From Myxococcota bacterium (GTDB taxonomy: Bacteria; Myxococcota_A; UBA9042; PHBI01; JAWLBL01), in assembly GCA_041687695.1 (NCBI GenBank), contig JAWLBL010000017.1, forward strand, positions 1-64,000: a stretch of DNA of 64,000 nt, in the 5' to 3' direction. Both the position numbers and the translations under genes were made by a program. The notes beneath the pieces were generated by a model that saw only the letters and a list, made by a program, of their open reading frames with translations, made no database searches and was not told the origin of the DNA. Of this stretch, positions 52,630 to 64,000 are shown piece by piece (within the stretch, counting starts at the first letter, position 1; the number at the start of each line of letters is the position of its first letter).

Positions 52630-54119
52630 GGCTGCCGCTCCGCGAACTGCTGGCGAGCCAGCTCGATGGCGCGCAGGACCGCGCGCGCCTTGCTGCGCGT
52701 CTCGTCCGCTTCGCGCTGGGGGACCGAGTCGTAGACGATGCCGGCGCCGGCCTGCACGTCGAAGCGGTCGCCGCTCGCGACCATCATGCGGATGGCGATG
52801 GCGAGATCCAGGTCGCCCTCGGCGCCGAGGGTGCCGACCGCGCCGCCATAGAAGCCGCGCCGCTCGGGCTCGAGCGCCTCGATGATCTCCATGGCGCGGA
52901 TCTTCGGCGCGCCGCTGAGCGTGCCGGCCGGGAAGGTGGCGCGGACGACGTCGGCGGGGCCGACCTCGGGCCGCGCGAGGCCGCGGGTGTGGCTGACGAG
53001 GTGCATGACGTGGCTGTAGCGCTCGATGATCATCTGGTGGGGGATCTCGACCGAGCCGGTCTCGGCGATGCGCCCGATGTCGTTGCGGGCGAGGTCGACC
53101 AGCATGACGTGCTCGGCGACCTCTTTGGGATCAGCCCGGAGCTCGGCGGCGAGGGCGGCGTCCTCCTCGGGCGTCGCGCCGCGCGGCCGCGTCCCGGCGA
53201 TGGGCCGCGTCTCTACGAGCGGGCCCGTCTTGCGGACGAGGACCTCGGGCGAGGCGCCAAGCAGCGTGAGCTCGCCCAGGTCCAGATAGAACATGTACGG
53301 CGACGGATTCAGCCCGCGCAGCGTGCGATAGACGAGAAAGGGGTGGAGGCCGGCCGCGGGCTGGTGGAAGCGCCGGCTGAGGACGACCTGGATGATGTCG
53401 CCCGCCGCGATGAGCTCGCGCGCCGCCTCGACGGCTGCGCCGTAGGCCTCGTCCGACATCGTCGAGCGGGGCTCGGGCGAGGGGCCTGCCGGGCTGAGGG
53501 GGAGAGCGGGCAACGGGCCGCCCAGGCGCGCTTCGGCCTCGTCGAGGGCGGCCTGCGCCTCGTCCCAGGCGCGATCGGCGTCCGCCGGTCCGGCGACCTC
53601 GGCCAGGACCACCAGCATGGCGCGGTGCTTGAGGTTGTCCCACACCAGGACGAGCCGCGTCTCCATGAAGACGAGGTCGGGGATCTCGGGACGCGGCGCG
53701 TTGCGTCGAGGCAGGCGCTCCATGAAGCGAACGGCGTCGTAGGCCAGCGCGCCGACGAGACCGCCGACGAAGCGCGGCAGGCCGGGGACGCGCGCCATGC
53801 GACGCTGGCCGACGCGGCGCGTCACCTCGGCCAGCGGGTCGGCGACGTCGACCGTCTCGACCGGCCGAGCGCCGTCGGGTCGATGGACCTCGAGCCGCCC
53901 CTCGCGCGCCACGTACACGGCCCTCGGCTCGGTCCCCATGAAGGTGTAGCGCGCCCACTGCTCGCCGCCCTCGACGCTCTCGAGCAGGAAGCTCCAGCGG
54001 CCGCGCCGCAGCTTCCAGAAGGCGGTGACCGGCGTCTCGAGGTCGGCGAAGACCTCGCGGGTGACCGGGATGAGCGTGTGGTCCGCGGCCAGGGCGCGGA
54101 AGGCGTCGCGATCCGTCAT
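52626..54119 (-). CDS. trpE: Anthranilate synthase component I
   Basis: [31 protein letters not shown] and [11 protein letters not shown]. Confidence 0.95.
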   Translation of the reverse strand: MTDRDAFRALAADHTLIPVTREVFADLETPVTAFWKLRRGRWSFLLESVEGGEQWARYTFMGTEPRAVYVAREGRLEVHRPDGARPVETVDVADPLAEVTRRVGQRRMARVPGLPRFVGGLVGALAYDAVRFMERLPRRNAPRPEIPDLVFMETRLVLVWDNLKHRAMLVVLAEVAGPADADRAWDEAQAALDEAEARLGGPLPALPLSPAGPSPEPRSTMSDEAYGAAVEAARELIAAGDIIQVVLSRRFHQPAAGLHPFLVYRTLRGLNPSPYMFYLDLGELTLLGASPEVLVRKTGPLVETRPIAGTRPRGATPEEDAALAAELRADPKEVAEHVMLVDLARNDIGRIAETGSVEIPHQMIIERYSHVMHLVSHTRGLARPEVGPADVVRATFPAGTLSGAPKIRAMEIIEALEPERRGFYGGAVGTLGAEGDLDLAIAIRMMVASGDRFDVQAGAGIVYDSVPQREADETRSKARAVLRAIELARQQFAERQP

Positions 54120-54183
54120 GGCGCGCACGATAACGCGAACCCCGCCCGAGCACTACGCCCTGCGCGGGGCCCCTCGCCCGGAC

Positions 54184-56436
54184 TCAATAACGATGGCGCA
54201 GCAAGGCCCCGAGCGCCTCGCGGATGGCGCGGCGCGGGTAGCGGTGCTGCTCCACGAGCCGGGCGATGATCTGCGCCCCGCGCTCGCGCTCGCTCGCGTC
54301 GAGCCGCTGGGCGGCCGGGTGCTTCTTGTCCGGCTCCTCTTCCTCGGCCAGCAGATCGAGCACCTGCTCGCTGAGCTTGCGGATGGTCGCCTTCTGCCGC
54401 TCGTAGTAGTCGCGCTCGAGCGCCTCGAAGAGCTTCGGGAACAGCCGCCGGTAGTTGATGGGCTCGCCCGGGAAGTCGATGCGCCACGCCCCGACCCGCG
54501 CGACGAGGTCGCGCCGGAACCGCGCCCGGTCGCTCGGCGCGTCCCAGATGCGCTCGAGGCGGTCCATCAGGTGCGTGTCGGGCGGCTCGGACTTGCCGGT
54601 CTTCTCGTTGTAGATCTTCTCGCCCTTGAGCAGATACGACACGTGCAGGATGTAGCGGCCGAACAGCTCCTCGTACTGCTCCTCGCTCACCAGCCCCATC
54701 GACGCCCGCACGTCGTTGTTCACGCGGTCCAGATACCGCTGGAACACCTGGTCGATGAAGGCGCCGTGATCGTGGTAGCCGCCCTGCGGCTCGATCTTCA
54801 GGAACTCGTAGACGCTGCGGTTCTTCACCAGGGCGCGCAGCTCGTCGAAGATGGCCAGCGCGCTGAGCCCGTAGTAGCGCTCGTTCTGGTAGGCATGCAG
54901 CATCGCCTGCTTCATCTCGCGCGGTGACGCGCCGAAGGCCCCCTCGTAGTCGGGGTCGTCCTGACCTTCGGCCAGCATGTCCGCCAGGATCGCGCGGAGC
55001 TCTCGCGACTGCTCCGGCGTCAGGTCGGGGGGCTCGCGCTCGCCGGCGTACAGCTCGGCCTTCTCGATGGGCTTGAGCCGCGCGACCACCTCTCGGATCC
55101 CGCTCGGGTAGTTCTCGGCCCGCGGTCGCTTCAGGCGCGTCAGCACGGCCCACAGGGCGACGATGAACGTCGCGTGCGGTCCGACCATGTCCTCCATCCC
55201 GCCGGCGCGGATCTGCTCGTCGTAGATGGCCTGCTCGACCTTGTAGTCGCGCAGGTAAGGCATCTTGACCAGATCCATGCGTCCCTTGAACGAGGTGAAG
55301 TCCTGGTACTCCTTGAAGGCGTTCAGGTGCTTCTCGTTGGAGCTCGCCAGGAACAGCTCGTCGAGGTGCAGGATGGCGTTGGGCAGCGTCACCGTGCCCT
55401 TCTCGCAGGTCGCCAGCAGGTACTTGAAGGCGTCGAGCGGCTTCTTCAGGAGATCGTTGTACTCGACCACGCCGCGGTTGCCGTCCACGAGGTCGCCCGC
55501 GGGCTCGTAGAGACTCAGCGAGCGCAACGACGGCGGCAGCGCGTGCAGGCCCTGGTCCATCGTCAGCTGCCGAATGGTGGCGTCGACGTGCATCTGGGGC
55601 TCGATGGTCACGGCCCCGACCCGATAGCGACGCGAGAAGTAGAACCGCTCGACCTGGATGTGCTGGAGGACGCGCTGCAGGTCCCCGGAGTAGGCGGTCA
55701 GAAGGGCGTCCGCGATGGAGCGCGAGCGCGGCGACAGATCCCCGTCCAGCAAGTACTCGCCGATCTGCATGCTCTCGGGCAGGCGCCCCCGCTCGCGCAG
55801 CTCGTCGAACACCCGCCGCCGGTCCTCGCGCGGCAGCAGCAGCAGCGGGTGATCCTTGAGGTCGCCCTGTAGCCGCGCGTCCACGTCCTCGTCCTCGAGG
55901 TGCGCGAAGCTGGTCAGCGAGCGCGAGCCCTCGCCCGAGAAGCCGAGGCGCTTTTTGGCCACGTTCGCCGACGGGAACACCCAGTTGAACCGGTAGATCG
56001 CCCCCTCGTCGGTCCCCGAGTAGTGCTCGAGGGCGCGCATGATGCACTGGATGAACGAGCTCTTGGCCGAGCCGTTGGGACCGTGCAGGAGCAGCAGCCG
56101 GGTCACCCGCCCGTCGCGGATGAAGTTGGTGAGGAGCCGGAAGATCGCGTTCTGGGCCGACTCTTGACCGACCAGTCGGTACTTGCCGTCGTCCCACGGG
56201 CAATCGAACAGCCGGAACCGCGTCACGGTCCCTTCGGGCCGCGTCAGCTCGACCCGGCCGTAGTGGTCCATGCAGTCGAGGACGTACTGCGCCGCCGTCC
56301 GACAGTGCGGGACGGGGTTGTCGCAGAACGCCTCGAAGAACTCGTCGAAGCTGAGCACGCGCCGATTGGCCGCGAAGGCCCGCCGGGTGTCCGCCTCGAT
56401 TCTCCTGAGAACGTCGAGCGCTTCCGCCGATGCCAT
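54184..56436 (-). CDS. prkA: PrkA/YeaG-family AAA+ protein
   Basis: LLLHGPNGSAKSS, DHPLLLLP, GNRGVVEY and FGASPRE. Confidence 0.88.
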   Translation of the reverse strand: MASAEALDVLRRIEADTRRAFAANRRVLSFDEFFEAFCDNPVPHCRTAAQYVLDCMDHYGRVELTRPEGTVTRFRLFDCPWDDGKYRLVGQESAQNAIFRLLTNFIRDGRVTRLLLLHGPNGSAKSSFIQCIMRALEHYSGTDEGAIYRFNWVFPSANVAKKRLGFSGEGSRSLTSFAHLEDEDVDARLQGDLKDHPLLLLPREDRRRVFDELRERGRLPESMQIGEYLLDGDLSPRSRSIADALLTAYSGDLQRVLQHIQVERFYFSRRYRVGAVTIEPQMHVDATIRQLTMDQGLHALPPSLRSLSLYEPAGDLVDGNRGVVEYNDLLKKPLDAFKYLLATCEKGTVTLPNAILHLDELFLASSNEKHLNAFKEYQDFTSFKGRMDLVKMPYLRDYKVEQAIYDEQIRAGGMEDMVGPHATFIVALWAVLTRLKRPRAENYPSGIREVVARLKPIEKAELYAGEREPPDLTPEQSRELRAILADMLAEGQDDPDYEGAFGASPREMKQAMLHAYQNERYYGLSALAIFDELRALVKNRSVYEFLKIEPQGGYHDHGAFIDQVFQRYLDRVNNDVRASMGLVSEEQYEELFGRYILHVSYLLKGEKIYNEKTGKSEPPDTHLMDRLERIWDAPSDRARFRRDLVARVGAWRIDFPGEPINYRRLFPKLFEALERDYYERQKATIRKLSEQVLDLLAEEEEPDKKHPAAQRLDASERERGAQIIARLVEQHRYPRRAIREALGALLRHRY

Positions 56437-56532
56437 GGGGGACCTGCTTTCGTCCGGCCGAGGGGTTGACGGGCCATGGATGCCACCGATCGAGGCGCGG
56501 GGAAAGGGAGCGGTCGACCCACGGGCCCGTCG

Positions 56533-57018
56533 TCAGGGCGTGACCGTCACCTTCACCTCGACGTTGGTCTTCTCGATGAGGCACGTCGTGTCGTTGCACA
56601 CGCTGAAGCGCGCCTCGGCGGTCAACGTCTCCTCGCCCGCCGTCTTGGCGGACACGGGGATGGTGACGGTGGCCTTCTCGTCGGTCGCCTTGAAGTCGCC
56701 CTTGAGCTGGTGGAAGGCCGTCTTGCCAAGCTCGACCTTGCCCCCGGCCTGACCGAACGTCAGCTTGGCCGGATACTCCAGGTTCCACTTGAACCCGGCC
56801 GCCGGCTTGAACGTCACGGTCGCCGTCGCGCTGGCCCCGGCCTTCACCTCGGGGCTGTCGACCGTCACCGTCGCCTTGGGACCGTCCTGCGCGGCGGGCG
56901 CCGCCTCGGGGCTCTGGGCCGGTGCGGTCGCTGGCTCGGCGTTCGGCGTCTCGTTCGCCTGGGACTTGCAGGCGGTGACGACGAGCAGCGTTCCGAGGAC
57001 GATCGAGGACAGCTTCAT
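56533..57018 (-). CDS. Lipoprotein, DsbD-N-like Ig fold
   Basis: Lipobox VTAC, FKWNLEYP and FSVCNDTTC. Confidence 0.7.
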   Translation of the reverse strand: MKLSSIVLGTLLVVTACKSQANETPNAEPATAPAQSPEAAPAAQDGPKATVTVDSPEVKAGASATATVTFKPAAGFKWNLEYPAKLTFGQAGGKVELGKTAFHQLKGDFKATDEKATVTIPVSAKTAGEETLTAEARFSVCNDTTCLIEKTNVEVKVTVTP

Positions 57019-57257
57019 TCGGGTGCTCCAGCGCAACGTGAGGACCTCCCGTGGACCGTTGGTGACCGGCCGGCGACCTGCCTACCGGCGACGGGCCTCG
57101 TGGGCCGGGCGACAGACCCGGGACCTACCAGAAATATTCACCTCAGGCAAACCTCGGGGCCGCGTCCGCCCCCGTCCGTCGCAGCCCCGAGAGGCTTGAA
57201 ATGCAAGCCCTTTCCGAATACTTGCCCCGACCGCCCCCCTGGGTATCATCCCGCGCC

Positions 57258-57920
57258 ATGGCGACCCGACTCCTGCTCCCCCTGGCGGTCTTCGGCGTGG
57301 GCTTCGGCCTGGGCTATGGCCTCACCTTCTTCCTCGTCGACGAACCCGACGCCACCGCGACCCAGGCCAGCGTCGCCGCGACCACGGAGCCGGGCGTGCA
57401 GGTCGACGCACCGAGCGCGCTCGCCAGCGACACCGCCCTTCCGCTTGGGCGGGGCGCGGCCGGTGACGGGGAACTGCCGACGGAAGCCAGCGAGGACGGC
57501 GACGAGGAGCGCGTGAAGGCCACCCCGGACCCCGCCCCGGCGGACGACCAGGGCGACGCCGAGGCCGGTTCCCCAGACAGCCCCCCAGCCCCCCCCGAAG
57601 CCGCCGCGCCGCCCTGGTGGGACGCGTGCCGTGGCAAGCGCTGCCTGGTGGACTTCGGAGGCCTCACGGGGGGGCTCAGCGTGCGGCGAGGCTCGGTCGA
57701 ACACGGCGCGGTGGTCGACTGGGACAAGGACTTCGCGGGGGCCAAGCGCATCGAGGTCCTCCCGACGGACGCGGCCCTGCGGGTTCAGGTGGTCGCCATC
57801 GCGCTCGACGTCCAGGGCCGCCCGGCCGCTGCCCAGATCGAGTGGCGCCGCGGCGGCGACACGCTGGCCGGCGTCATCGCCCTGTCCGTCGGCGACAAGC
57901 AGGTGACGATGCGGCCCTGA
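57258..57920 (+). CDS. Hypothetical membrane-anchored protein
   Basis: N-terminal TM helix, acidic/Pro linker and a beta-rich C-terminal domain with CxxxxC. Confidence 0.65.
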   Translation: MATRLLLPLAVFGVGFGLGYGLTFFLVDEPDATATQASVAATTEPGVQVDAPSALASDTALPLGRGAAGDGELPTEASEDGDEERVKATPDPAPADDQGDAEAGSPDSPPAPPEAAAPPWWDACRGKRCLVDFGGLTGGLSVRRGSVEHGAVVDWDKDFAGAKRIEVLPTDAALRVQVVAIALDVQGRPAAAQIEWRRGGDTLAGVIALSVGDKQVTMRP

Positions 57921-58301
57921 CCCAGCGCCGCCCCCGCGCGCGCCGCGTCGCTTCGGATCGGACCGCCCGTGTCAGCTCGCAACTGAATGATATCCCTAGA
58001 CAAGTCGCCGAACGCGGGCCGCGCGCCACCCGGCTCGACGTGGGCGGATTCCTCAATCGGATCGATCACTTAGCGGTTCCGGGCGACGCCGCGTAAGTCC
58101 GTGATCATTGAGCGATTTTTTCGATCCGAGGGCGTTGACGGCCGATCCGCGTTCTGATCTACTCCCGTTCAAATTTTGACGACGACCTCGCGCGCCCCGA
58201 TAACGGGGCTGGCACTCCGGGATCCCAGCCTCCTTGGGCGGTGGGCGCCGGAGTGTCGCGTCGCGCGGGCCGACGCGACAGGACGGGGAGGGACACGACC
58301 G

Positions 58302-58784
58302 ATGGAGCCGCTACGCAAGGATGACCCGAACGACGCGCCCGGGGGCGAGCGCCGGCAGCGCAAGAGCCGCAACCGCCCGCGCACCATCGCGGGGCGCCGG
58401 CTGTCGCGGGCCGAGATCGAGGAGGGCATCCGCCTCGTCGACGAGATGTGGTACGAGCGGCCGAAGACGCGCGCGGACTGCGCCGAGGGACCGCGTCCCT
58501 GTCCCTTCGTCAGCTGCAAGTATCACCTGTACCTCGACGTCAAGGACGACACGCACTCCATCAAGCTGAACTTCCCCCACCTCGAGGTGTGGGAGATGGA
58601 GCACACCTGCTCGCTCGACCTGGCGGAGCGGGGTGGCATGACGCTCGAGGACGTCGGCCACATCATGAACCTGACGCGCGAGCGCGTGCGCCAGGTCGAG
58701 GTCGCCGGCATCGAGAAGCTGCGCGAGACGGGCCTCATCGAGGACATCGAGCGCGTGTTCGGCTCCCTGCGTAAGTTCCAGTAG
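58302..58784 (+). CDS. Cys/His-rich, sigma-70 region-4-like HTH DNA-binding protein
   Basis: [24 protein letters not shown] followed by [19 protein letters not shown]. Confidence 0.85.
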   Translation: MEPLRKDDPNDAPGGERRQRKSRNRPRTIAGRRLSRAEIEEGIRLVDEMWYERPKTRADCAEGPRPCPFVSCKYHLYLDVKDDTHSIKLNFPHLEVWEMEHTCSLDLAERGGMTLEDVGHIMNLTRERVRQVEVAGIEKLRETGLIEDIERVFGSLRKFQ

Positions 58785-58901
58785 CCCTTCGGGGATCGAG
58801 GGCGGCGCGGGCGTCCCCGTCCACGCCGACGCACCCTTCGGCTTGCCCCACCCGACCGGCCGTGCTACGCGGGCCGCACCCTTTGGCTGGGAGGCGGCCC
58901 C

Positions 58902-60485
58902 ATGCATCGCGTGCGCCGAGCGCTGCTGAGTGTGTCCGACAAGACGGGCCTGGTGGACTTCGCGCGCGCCCTCGCGGCGCGCGGCGTGGCGTTGGTCTCG
59001 ACCGGCGGGACCGCAAGGGCCCTGCGCGAGGCCGACCTCCCCGTGACTCCGGTCCAGGTCGTCACCGGCTTCCCCGAGATGATGGACGGACGCGTCAAGA
59101 CGCTCCATCCCGCCGTCCACGGCGGCATCCTGGCGCGCCGGGATGTCCCGGACGACCTCGAAGCGCTCGAGGGCATCGACGCCGGCTGCATCGATCTGGT
59201 CGTCGTGAACCTCTATCCGTTCCGCGAGACCATCGCCCGGGCCGACGTCACCCCCGACGAGGCCATCGAGCAGATCGACATCGGCGGTCCGGCCATGGTG
59301 CGATCGGCGGCGAAGAACCACGCGTGGGTCGGTGTCGTGACGCGACCCGCCGACTATGCCGAGGTCCTCTCTGGCCTCGACGCCAACGACGGGGTACTCC
59401 CGGAGCCGCTCCGCCGGCGCCTGGCTGCGGCGGCCTTCGCGCACACCGCCGCCTACGACGCCACCGTCGCCGCCTGGATGGCCTCGCAGGTCGCAGCGGA
59501 CGAGGGCGAGCCGGCCGACGCCCCGCCGCGGGTGTGGGGCCAGCCCGTCGAGCGCCTGGCCACCCTGCGCTACGGCGAGAACCCGCACCAGATGGCCGGG
59601 CTCTACGCCGCCGCCGGCCCACGCGTGGGCCTGACCAGCGCCCAACAGCTCCAGGGCAAGGAGCTGTCCTACAACAACTGGCTGGACGCCGACGCGGCCG
59701 TGGCGCTCGCCCGGGACGTGGGCCCCACCGGCGTCGCCATCGTCAAGCACAACAACCCCTGCGGGGCCGCCCGCTCGCCGCGCTCGCTGCTCGAAGCCTA
59801 CGAGCTCGCCCGCGCCTGTGACCCCGTCAGCGCCTTCGGTGGCATCGTGGCGACCTCGGGCGTGCTCGACGTCGAGCTGGCCCAGGCGCTGGCCGACACG
59901 TTCCTCGAGGTCATCGTCGCCTCCGAGGTGACCGCCGAGGCGCGCGCCGTCCTCGGTCGCAAGAAGAACCTGCGCGTCCTCGTCCTCCCGGCTGCAGCCT
60001 GGCCCGTGCAGGGCCGCGTGCTCGAGCCGCGCGCCATCCACGGCGGCCTGCTGGTCCAGGAGCGTGACCCCGGCGGCGTCGACGTGCGTCGAGCCCGCGT
60101 CGTCACGCAGCGCGCTCCCACCGACGAGGAGTGGCGGTCGCTCGAGTTCGCCTGGACCGTGGCCCGGCACGTCAAGTCCAACGCCATCGTGTTCGCCCGC
60201 GGCGACCGCACGGTGGGCGTCGGCGCCGGTCAGATGAGCCGCGTCGACAGCACGCGCATCGCCGCCATCAAGGCGCGCGAGACCGATCCGGCGGGGCTCG
60301 TCGGGTCGGGCGTCGCCTCCGACGCGTTCTTCCCCTTCGCGGACGGCGTGCTCGCCGCCGCCGAGGCCGGCGCCACCGCCCTCATCCAGCCCGGCGGGTC
60401 CATCCGCGACGACGAGGTCATCGCCGCGGCCGACGCCCAGAACCTCGCGATGGTCTTCACCGGGCGCCGGCATTTCAAGCACTGA
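58902..60485 (+). CDS. purH: Bifunctional AICAR transformylase/IMP cyclohydrolase
   Basis: [34 protein letters not shown] and GRRHFKH. Confidence 0.98.
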   Translation: MHRVRRALLSVSDKTGLVDFARALAARGVALVSTGGTARALREADLPVTPVQVVTGFPEMMDGRVKTLHPAVHGGILARRDVPDDLEALEGIDAGCIDLVVVNLYPFRETIARADVTPDEAIEQIDIGGPAMVRSAAKNHAWVGVVTRPADYAEVLSGLDANDGVLPEPLRRRLAAAAFAHTAAYDATVAAWMASQVAADEGEPADAPPRVWGQPVERLATLRYGENPHQMAGLYAAAGPRVGLTSAQQLQGKELSYNNWLDADAAVALARDVGPTGVAIVKHNNPCGAARSPRSLLEAYELARACDPVSAFGGIVATSGVLDVELAQALADTFLEVIVASEVTAEARAVLGRKKNLRVLVLPAAAWPVQGRVLEPRAIHGGLLVQERDPGGVDVRRARVVTQRAPTDEEWRSLEFAWTVARHVKSNAIVFARGDRTVGVGAGQMSRVDSTRIAAIKARETDPAGLVGSGVASDAFFPFADGVLAAAEAGATALIQPGGSIRDDEVIAAADAQNLAMVFTGRRHFKH

Positions 60486-60543
60486 GCGCGCGCCGACGCT
60501 CGCTCCCGAGTTCCCCGACCGCGCTCAGCGAGGAGGCGTCGCG

Positions 60544-61818
60544 ATGAAGATCCTGGTCGTCGGCAACGGCGGGCGCGAGCACGCCCTGGCCTGGAAGCTG
60601 GCTCAATCCCCGCGCTGCTCGCGGCTCTTCGTGACCCGGCCCAACGCGGGCCTGCGGACGCTCGGGACGCCCGTCGACCTCGCCCCCGACGACGTACCGG
60701 GCCTGCTGGCGTTCGCCCGCGCCGAAGGCATCGACCTGACCGTGGTCGGCCCCGAGCGGCCCCTCACCCTGGGGCTGGTCGACGCCTTCGAGGCCGCCGG
60801 CCTGCGCGCGTTCGGGCCGCGTCGCGACGCCGCGCGCCTCGAGGGATCCAAGGCCTTCGCCAAGGCCGTGATGACGACCGCTGGCGTACCCACCGCCGCC
60901 TACGCTGTGTTCGACTCGCTCGACCCCGCGCGCGCCTGGGTCAGGCAGCTGGGTCGGGGCGTAGCCGTCAAGGCGGACGGCCTCGCCGCCGGCAAGGGCG
61001 TCGTCCTGTGCCACACGCCCGACGAGGCCGACCAGGCGCTGGCCGAGATGCTGGAGGGCAGCGCCCTCGGCGAGGCGGGCCGGCGGGTGGTCGTCGAGGA
61101 GCTGCTCGAGGGCGAGGAGGCCAGCTTCATCGCGGTCTGCGACGGCCAGACGGTGGTGCCCCTGGCCTCGAGCCAGGACCACAAGCGGGTGGGGGAGGGC
61201 GACAACGGCCCCAACACCGGGGGCATGGGCGCCTATTCGCCGGCGCCGGTGGTCACCTCGGCGCTGGCCGACGAGATCATGCAGCGGGTGATGATCCCCA
61301 CCGTCGAGGCCCTGCGCGCCGACGGGACGCCCTTCGTCGGGTTCCTGTACGCCGGCGTCATGGTCACGCCCGATGGCATCCGGGTCCTCGAGTTCAACGC
61401 TCGGCTCGGAGACCCCGAGGCTCAGGTGCTGCTCGTCCGGCTGCAAACGGACCTCGTCGACGTGCTCGAGGCGGCGATCGACGAGCGCCTCGACCGCGTC
61501 AGCCTCGACTGGGATCCCCGCTCGGCGCTGACGGTGGTCATGGCGGCCGAGGGCTACCCCGGCACGGTACGGACCGGCGACCCCATCGAGGGTCTCGAGG
61601 CCGCGGCGGCGCTGCCCGACGTCCAGGTCTTTCACGCCGGCGCTCGCGCCCACGAAGGCCAGGCCGTGACCGCGGGCGGCCGGGTCCTGACCGTCACGGG
61701 CCTCGGCGCCTCCGTCGCCGAGGCGGCCCAGCGCGCCTACGCGGCGGTCGACCTCATCACCTGGCCGGGCGTCCACTTCCGCCGCGACATCGGCTGGCGG
61801 GCCATCGGCCGATCCTGA
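60544..61818 (+). CDS. purD: Phosphoribosylamine-glycine ligase
   Basis: [34 protein letters not shown] and [10 protein letters not shown]. Confidence 0.98.
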   Translation: MKILVVGNGGREHALAWKLAQSPRCSRLFVTRPNAGLRTLGTPVDLAPDDVPGLLAFARAEGIDLTVVGPERPLTLGLVDAFEAAGLRAFGPRRDAARLEGSKAFAKAVMTTAGVPTAAYAVFDSLDPARAWVRQLGRGVAVKADGLAAGKGVVLCHTPDEADQALAEMLEGSALGEAGRRVVVEELLEGEEASFIAVCDGQTVVPLASSQDHKRVGEGDNGPNTGGMGAYSPAPVVTSALADEIMQRVMIPTVEALRADGTPFVGFLYAGVMVTPDGIRVLEFNARLGDPEAQVLLVRLQTDLVDVLEAAIDERLDRVSLDWDPRSALTVVMAAEGYPGTVRTGDPIEGLEAAAALPDVQVFHAGARAHEGQAVTAGGRVLTVTGLGASVAEAAQRAYAAVDLITWPGVHFRRDIGWRAIGRS

Positions 61819-62260
61819 TCCGCCATCGGCCCGCCCCACCGTCCCGCGCCCGGGTCCCTACCTCCGCAGCGCCAACGGCTGGCGCGCCATCGACCCATCC
61901 TGATCCGCCGTCGGCCCGCCCGGCCGTCCCGCGCCCGGGTCCCCACCTCCGCCGCGCCAACGCCTGGGCGCCATCGGCCCATCCTGATCCGCCGTCGGCC
62001 CGCCCCACCGAACCGCGGCCGGGCGTCCACCTCCGCCGCGCCAACGCCTGGCGCGCATGCGGCCCATCCTGACCCGCCGTCGACCCGCCCGGCCGTCCCG
62101 CGCCCGGGCCCCCACCTCCGCCGCGCCAACGCCTGGCGCGCATGCGGCCGATCCTGATCCGCCGTCGGCCCGCCCCACCGAACCGCGGCCGGGCGTCCAC
62201 CTCCGCCGCGCCTACGCCTGGCGCGCATGCGGCCGCTCCTGATCCGCCGTCGGCCCGCCG
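61800..62260. repeat. ~85-bp tandem repeat, ~5.3 copies, starting within the purD 3' end
   Basis: atcctgatccgcc-like anchors at 61812, 61897, 61981, 62066, 62151 and 62236. Confidence 0.92.
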
Positions 62261-62412
62261 TACCGACCTGGGCAGTCTCGAGGGATCCGCGGTGGCGGGC
62301 CCCTCATTCGATTCCCCGCGAGCGACAGCCGCGCCGTCTGGTCGGCTCGGTCCAGGCCTCCCCGCCGTTCGGCTCGTGCGTGGTGCGCGGCTGGCGCGTT
62401 CTTGACCGCCTT

Positions 62413-62451
62413 TCGAAACGACGAAGGCCGACCCTGCTGGGCCGGCCTCCG
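62413..62451 (-). terminator. Intrinsic terminator of lon
   Basis: GGAGGCCGGCCC-agca-GGGTCGGCCTTC followed by GTCGTTTCG on minus. Confidence 0.65.
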
Positions 62452-62474
62452 ATGCAGACAGCGCTGTCCGTGAC

Positions 62475-64000
62475 TCAGTGCACGGCAGCCGGCTTGGTCG
62501 CCGGGGCGGCCTCTTCCTTCTCTTCGCCGCCGCCGAGCAGGATGTTCAGCAGCGGATCGTCCGCGCGCTTGGCCCCCTCGACCACCGGCACCGCGATGTC
62601 CCTGGTCAGGGCCAGGGCGATGACGTCGTCCATGTGGCGCACGGTCACCAGCTTGATGGCGCTACGCACGGCGGGCGGGATGTCGCGGATGTCCTTTCGG
62701 TTCTCGTCGGGCATGACGACCGTCTTGACGCCGGCTCGGTGTGCCGCCAGGACCTTCTCCTTGAGACCGCCGATGGGCAGGACGCGCCCGCGCAGCGTGA
62801 TCTCGCCCGTCATGGCCACGTCCATGCGCACCGGCACGCGGGTCAGCGCGCTGACCAGGCTGGTCGCCATCGTGATGCCCGCCGAGGGCCCGTCCTTGGG
62901 GATGGCGCCTTCGGGGAAGTGGATGTGGACGTCGATCTTCTTGTGGAAGTTCTCGGCGAGCCCCCACATGTAGGCCTTCGAGCGCACGTAAGACAGCGCC
63001 GCGTGCGCCGACTCCTCCATGACCTTGGCCAGGTTGCCCGTCAGCTTGAGCTGACCCGAGCCGGGCATCAGCGAGACCTCGGTCGTCAGCAGCTCTCCGC
63101 CGGCCGCCGTCACCGCGAGTCCGTTGGTCACGCCCACCTCGTCGGTGTCCTCGGCGCGTCCCATCCGGAACCGCGGCGGGCCGAGGTACGACTGCACCTT
63201 GGCCGAGTTCACGCGGAAGTGGATGTCCTTGTCGTCGCGGCCCTCCTGGCGGAAGCCGATGACGTCCTTGGCCATCTTCCGGCTGACGCTGGCGACCTCG
63301 CGCTCGAGGTTACGGACGCCGGCCTCCTTCGTGTACCGGTGCACGATGGTGCGGATGGCCGACTCGGTCCATCGCGCGTCGATCTCCTGGATGCCGTTGG
63401 CCTCGGCCTGCTTGGGGATGAGGTAGCGCCGGGCGATGTTGACCTTGTCGTACTCGGTGTAGCCCGAGATCTGGATGATCTCCATGCGGTCCTGCAGCGG
63501 CGCGGGGATGCCGTGCAGGCTGTTGGCCGTCGCGATGAACATGACGTCCGAGAGATCGTAGTCGAGGTCGAGATAGTGATCGTTGAACGTCGCGTTCTGC
63601 TCCGGGTCGAGCACCTCGAGCAGCGCGCTCGACGGGTCACCGCGGAAGTCCATCGACATCTTGTCGATCTCGTCGAGCAGGAAGACCGGGTTGTTCGAGC
63701 CGGCCTTCTTGAGGCTCTGGATGATCTTGCCGGGCAGGGCGCCGATGTAGGTCCGGCGGTGGCCGCGGATCTCGGCCTCGTCCCGCATGCCGCCGAGGGA
63801 CAGGCGCACGTACTTGCGGCCCGTGGCGCGCGCGATGGAGCGGGCCAGTGACGTCTTACCGACGCCCGGCGGCCCGACGAAGCACAGGATGGGGCCGTTG
63901 AGCTTCTTCACGAGGTGCTGGACGGCCAGGTACTCGAGGATGCGCTCCTTGGCCTTCTTGAGCCCGTAGTGGTCCGCGTCGAGGATCTCCTCGGCCTCGT
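62475..64000 (-). CDS. lon: ATP-dependent Lon protease (5' part outside the window)
   Basis: [33 protein letters not shown] and IGGLKEK. Confidence 0.98.
   Translation of the reverse strand, partial: EAEEILDADHYGLKKAKERILEYLAVQHLVKKLNGPILCFVGPPGVGKTSLARSIARATGRKYVRLSLGGMRDEAEIRGHRRTYIGALPGKIIQSLKKAGSNNPVFLLDEIDKMSMDFRGDPSSALLEVLDPEQNATFNDHYLDLDYDLSDVMFIATANSLHGIPAPLQDRMEIIQISGYTEYDKVNIARRYLIPKQAEANGIQEIDARWTESAIRTIVHRYTKEAGVRNLEREVASVSRKMAKDVIGFRQEGRDDKDIHFRVNSAKVQSYLGPPRFRMGRAEDTDEVGVTNGLAVTAAGGELLTTEVSLMPGSGQLKLTGNLAKVMEESAHAALSYVRSKAYMWGLAENFHKKIDVHIHFPEGAIPKDGPSAGITMATSLVSALTRVPVRMDVAMTGEITLRGRVLPIGGLKEKVLAAHRAGVKTVVMPDENRKDIRDIPPAVRSAIKLVTVRHMDDVIALALTRDIAVPVVEGAKRADDPLLNILLGGGEEKEEAAPATKPAAVH

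Noticed and set aside
54120..54183. trp attenuator/leader peptide
   Set aside because: The gap is too short, with no Trp-codon leader or terminator.
58785..58901. ZTP/purine riboswitch upstream of purH
   Set aside because: No recognisable consensus elements by eye.
61800..62260. CRISPR array
   Set aside because: Whole units are repeated with no unique spacers, and no cas genes are present.

Overview
Very GC-rich bacterial DNA. The gene content (PEGA Ser/Thr kinase, PrkA, CARDB/PPC lipoprotein, sigma-54 EBP, region-4-only HTH protein) suggests Myxococcota; this is an inference. The left ~27.7 kb is accessory-looking DNA downstream of a tRNA-Gly(GCC). It holds a truncated SIR2-like gene (possibly IS-interrupted) and a five-gene operon (YtkA lipoprotein, beta-barrel, redoxin, RegB, RegA) with a RegR-type box. 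It also holds a SWIM-SNF2 helicase with an integrase-like C-terminal tail and recC-recB-recD. These are followed by a candidate conflict cluster: DUF2325, DUF4258, an unknown protein translationally coupled to an ATPase-less Lon (S16) protease-helical repeat protein, and a convergent Macro + HEPN-motif protein, then arsC. The right ~36 kb is mostly housekeeping: kinase, thrC, cca, large surface lipoprotein, nudix, folE, usp, pccB, DsbA, HK/NtrC pair, DUF2520, nadD, degenerate NamZ, HEAT protein, trpEGDCF, prkA, purH, purD and partial lon. All calls come from motif reading by eye; no database searches were run.
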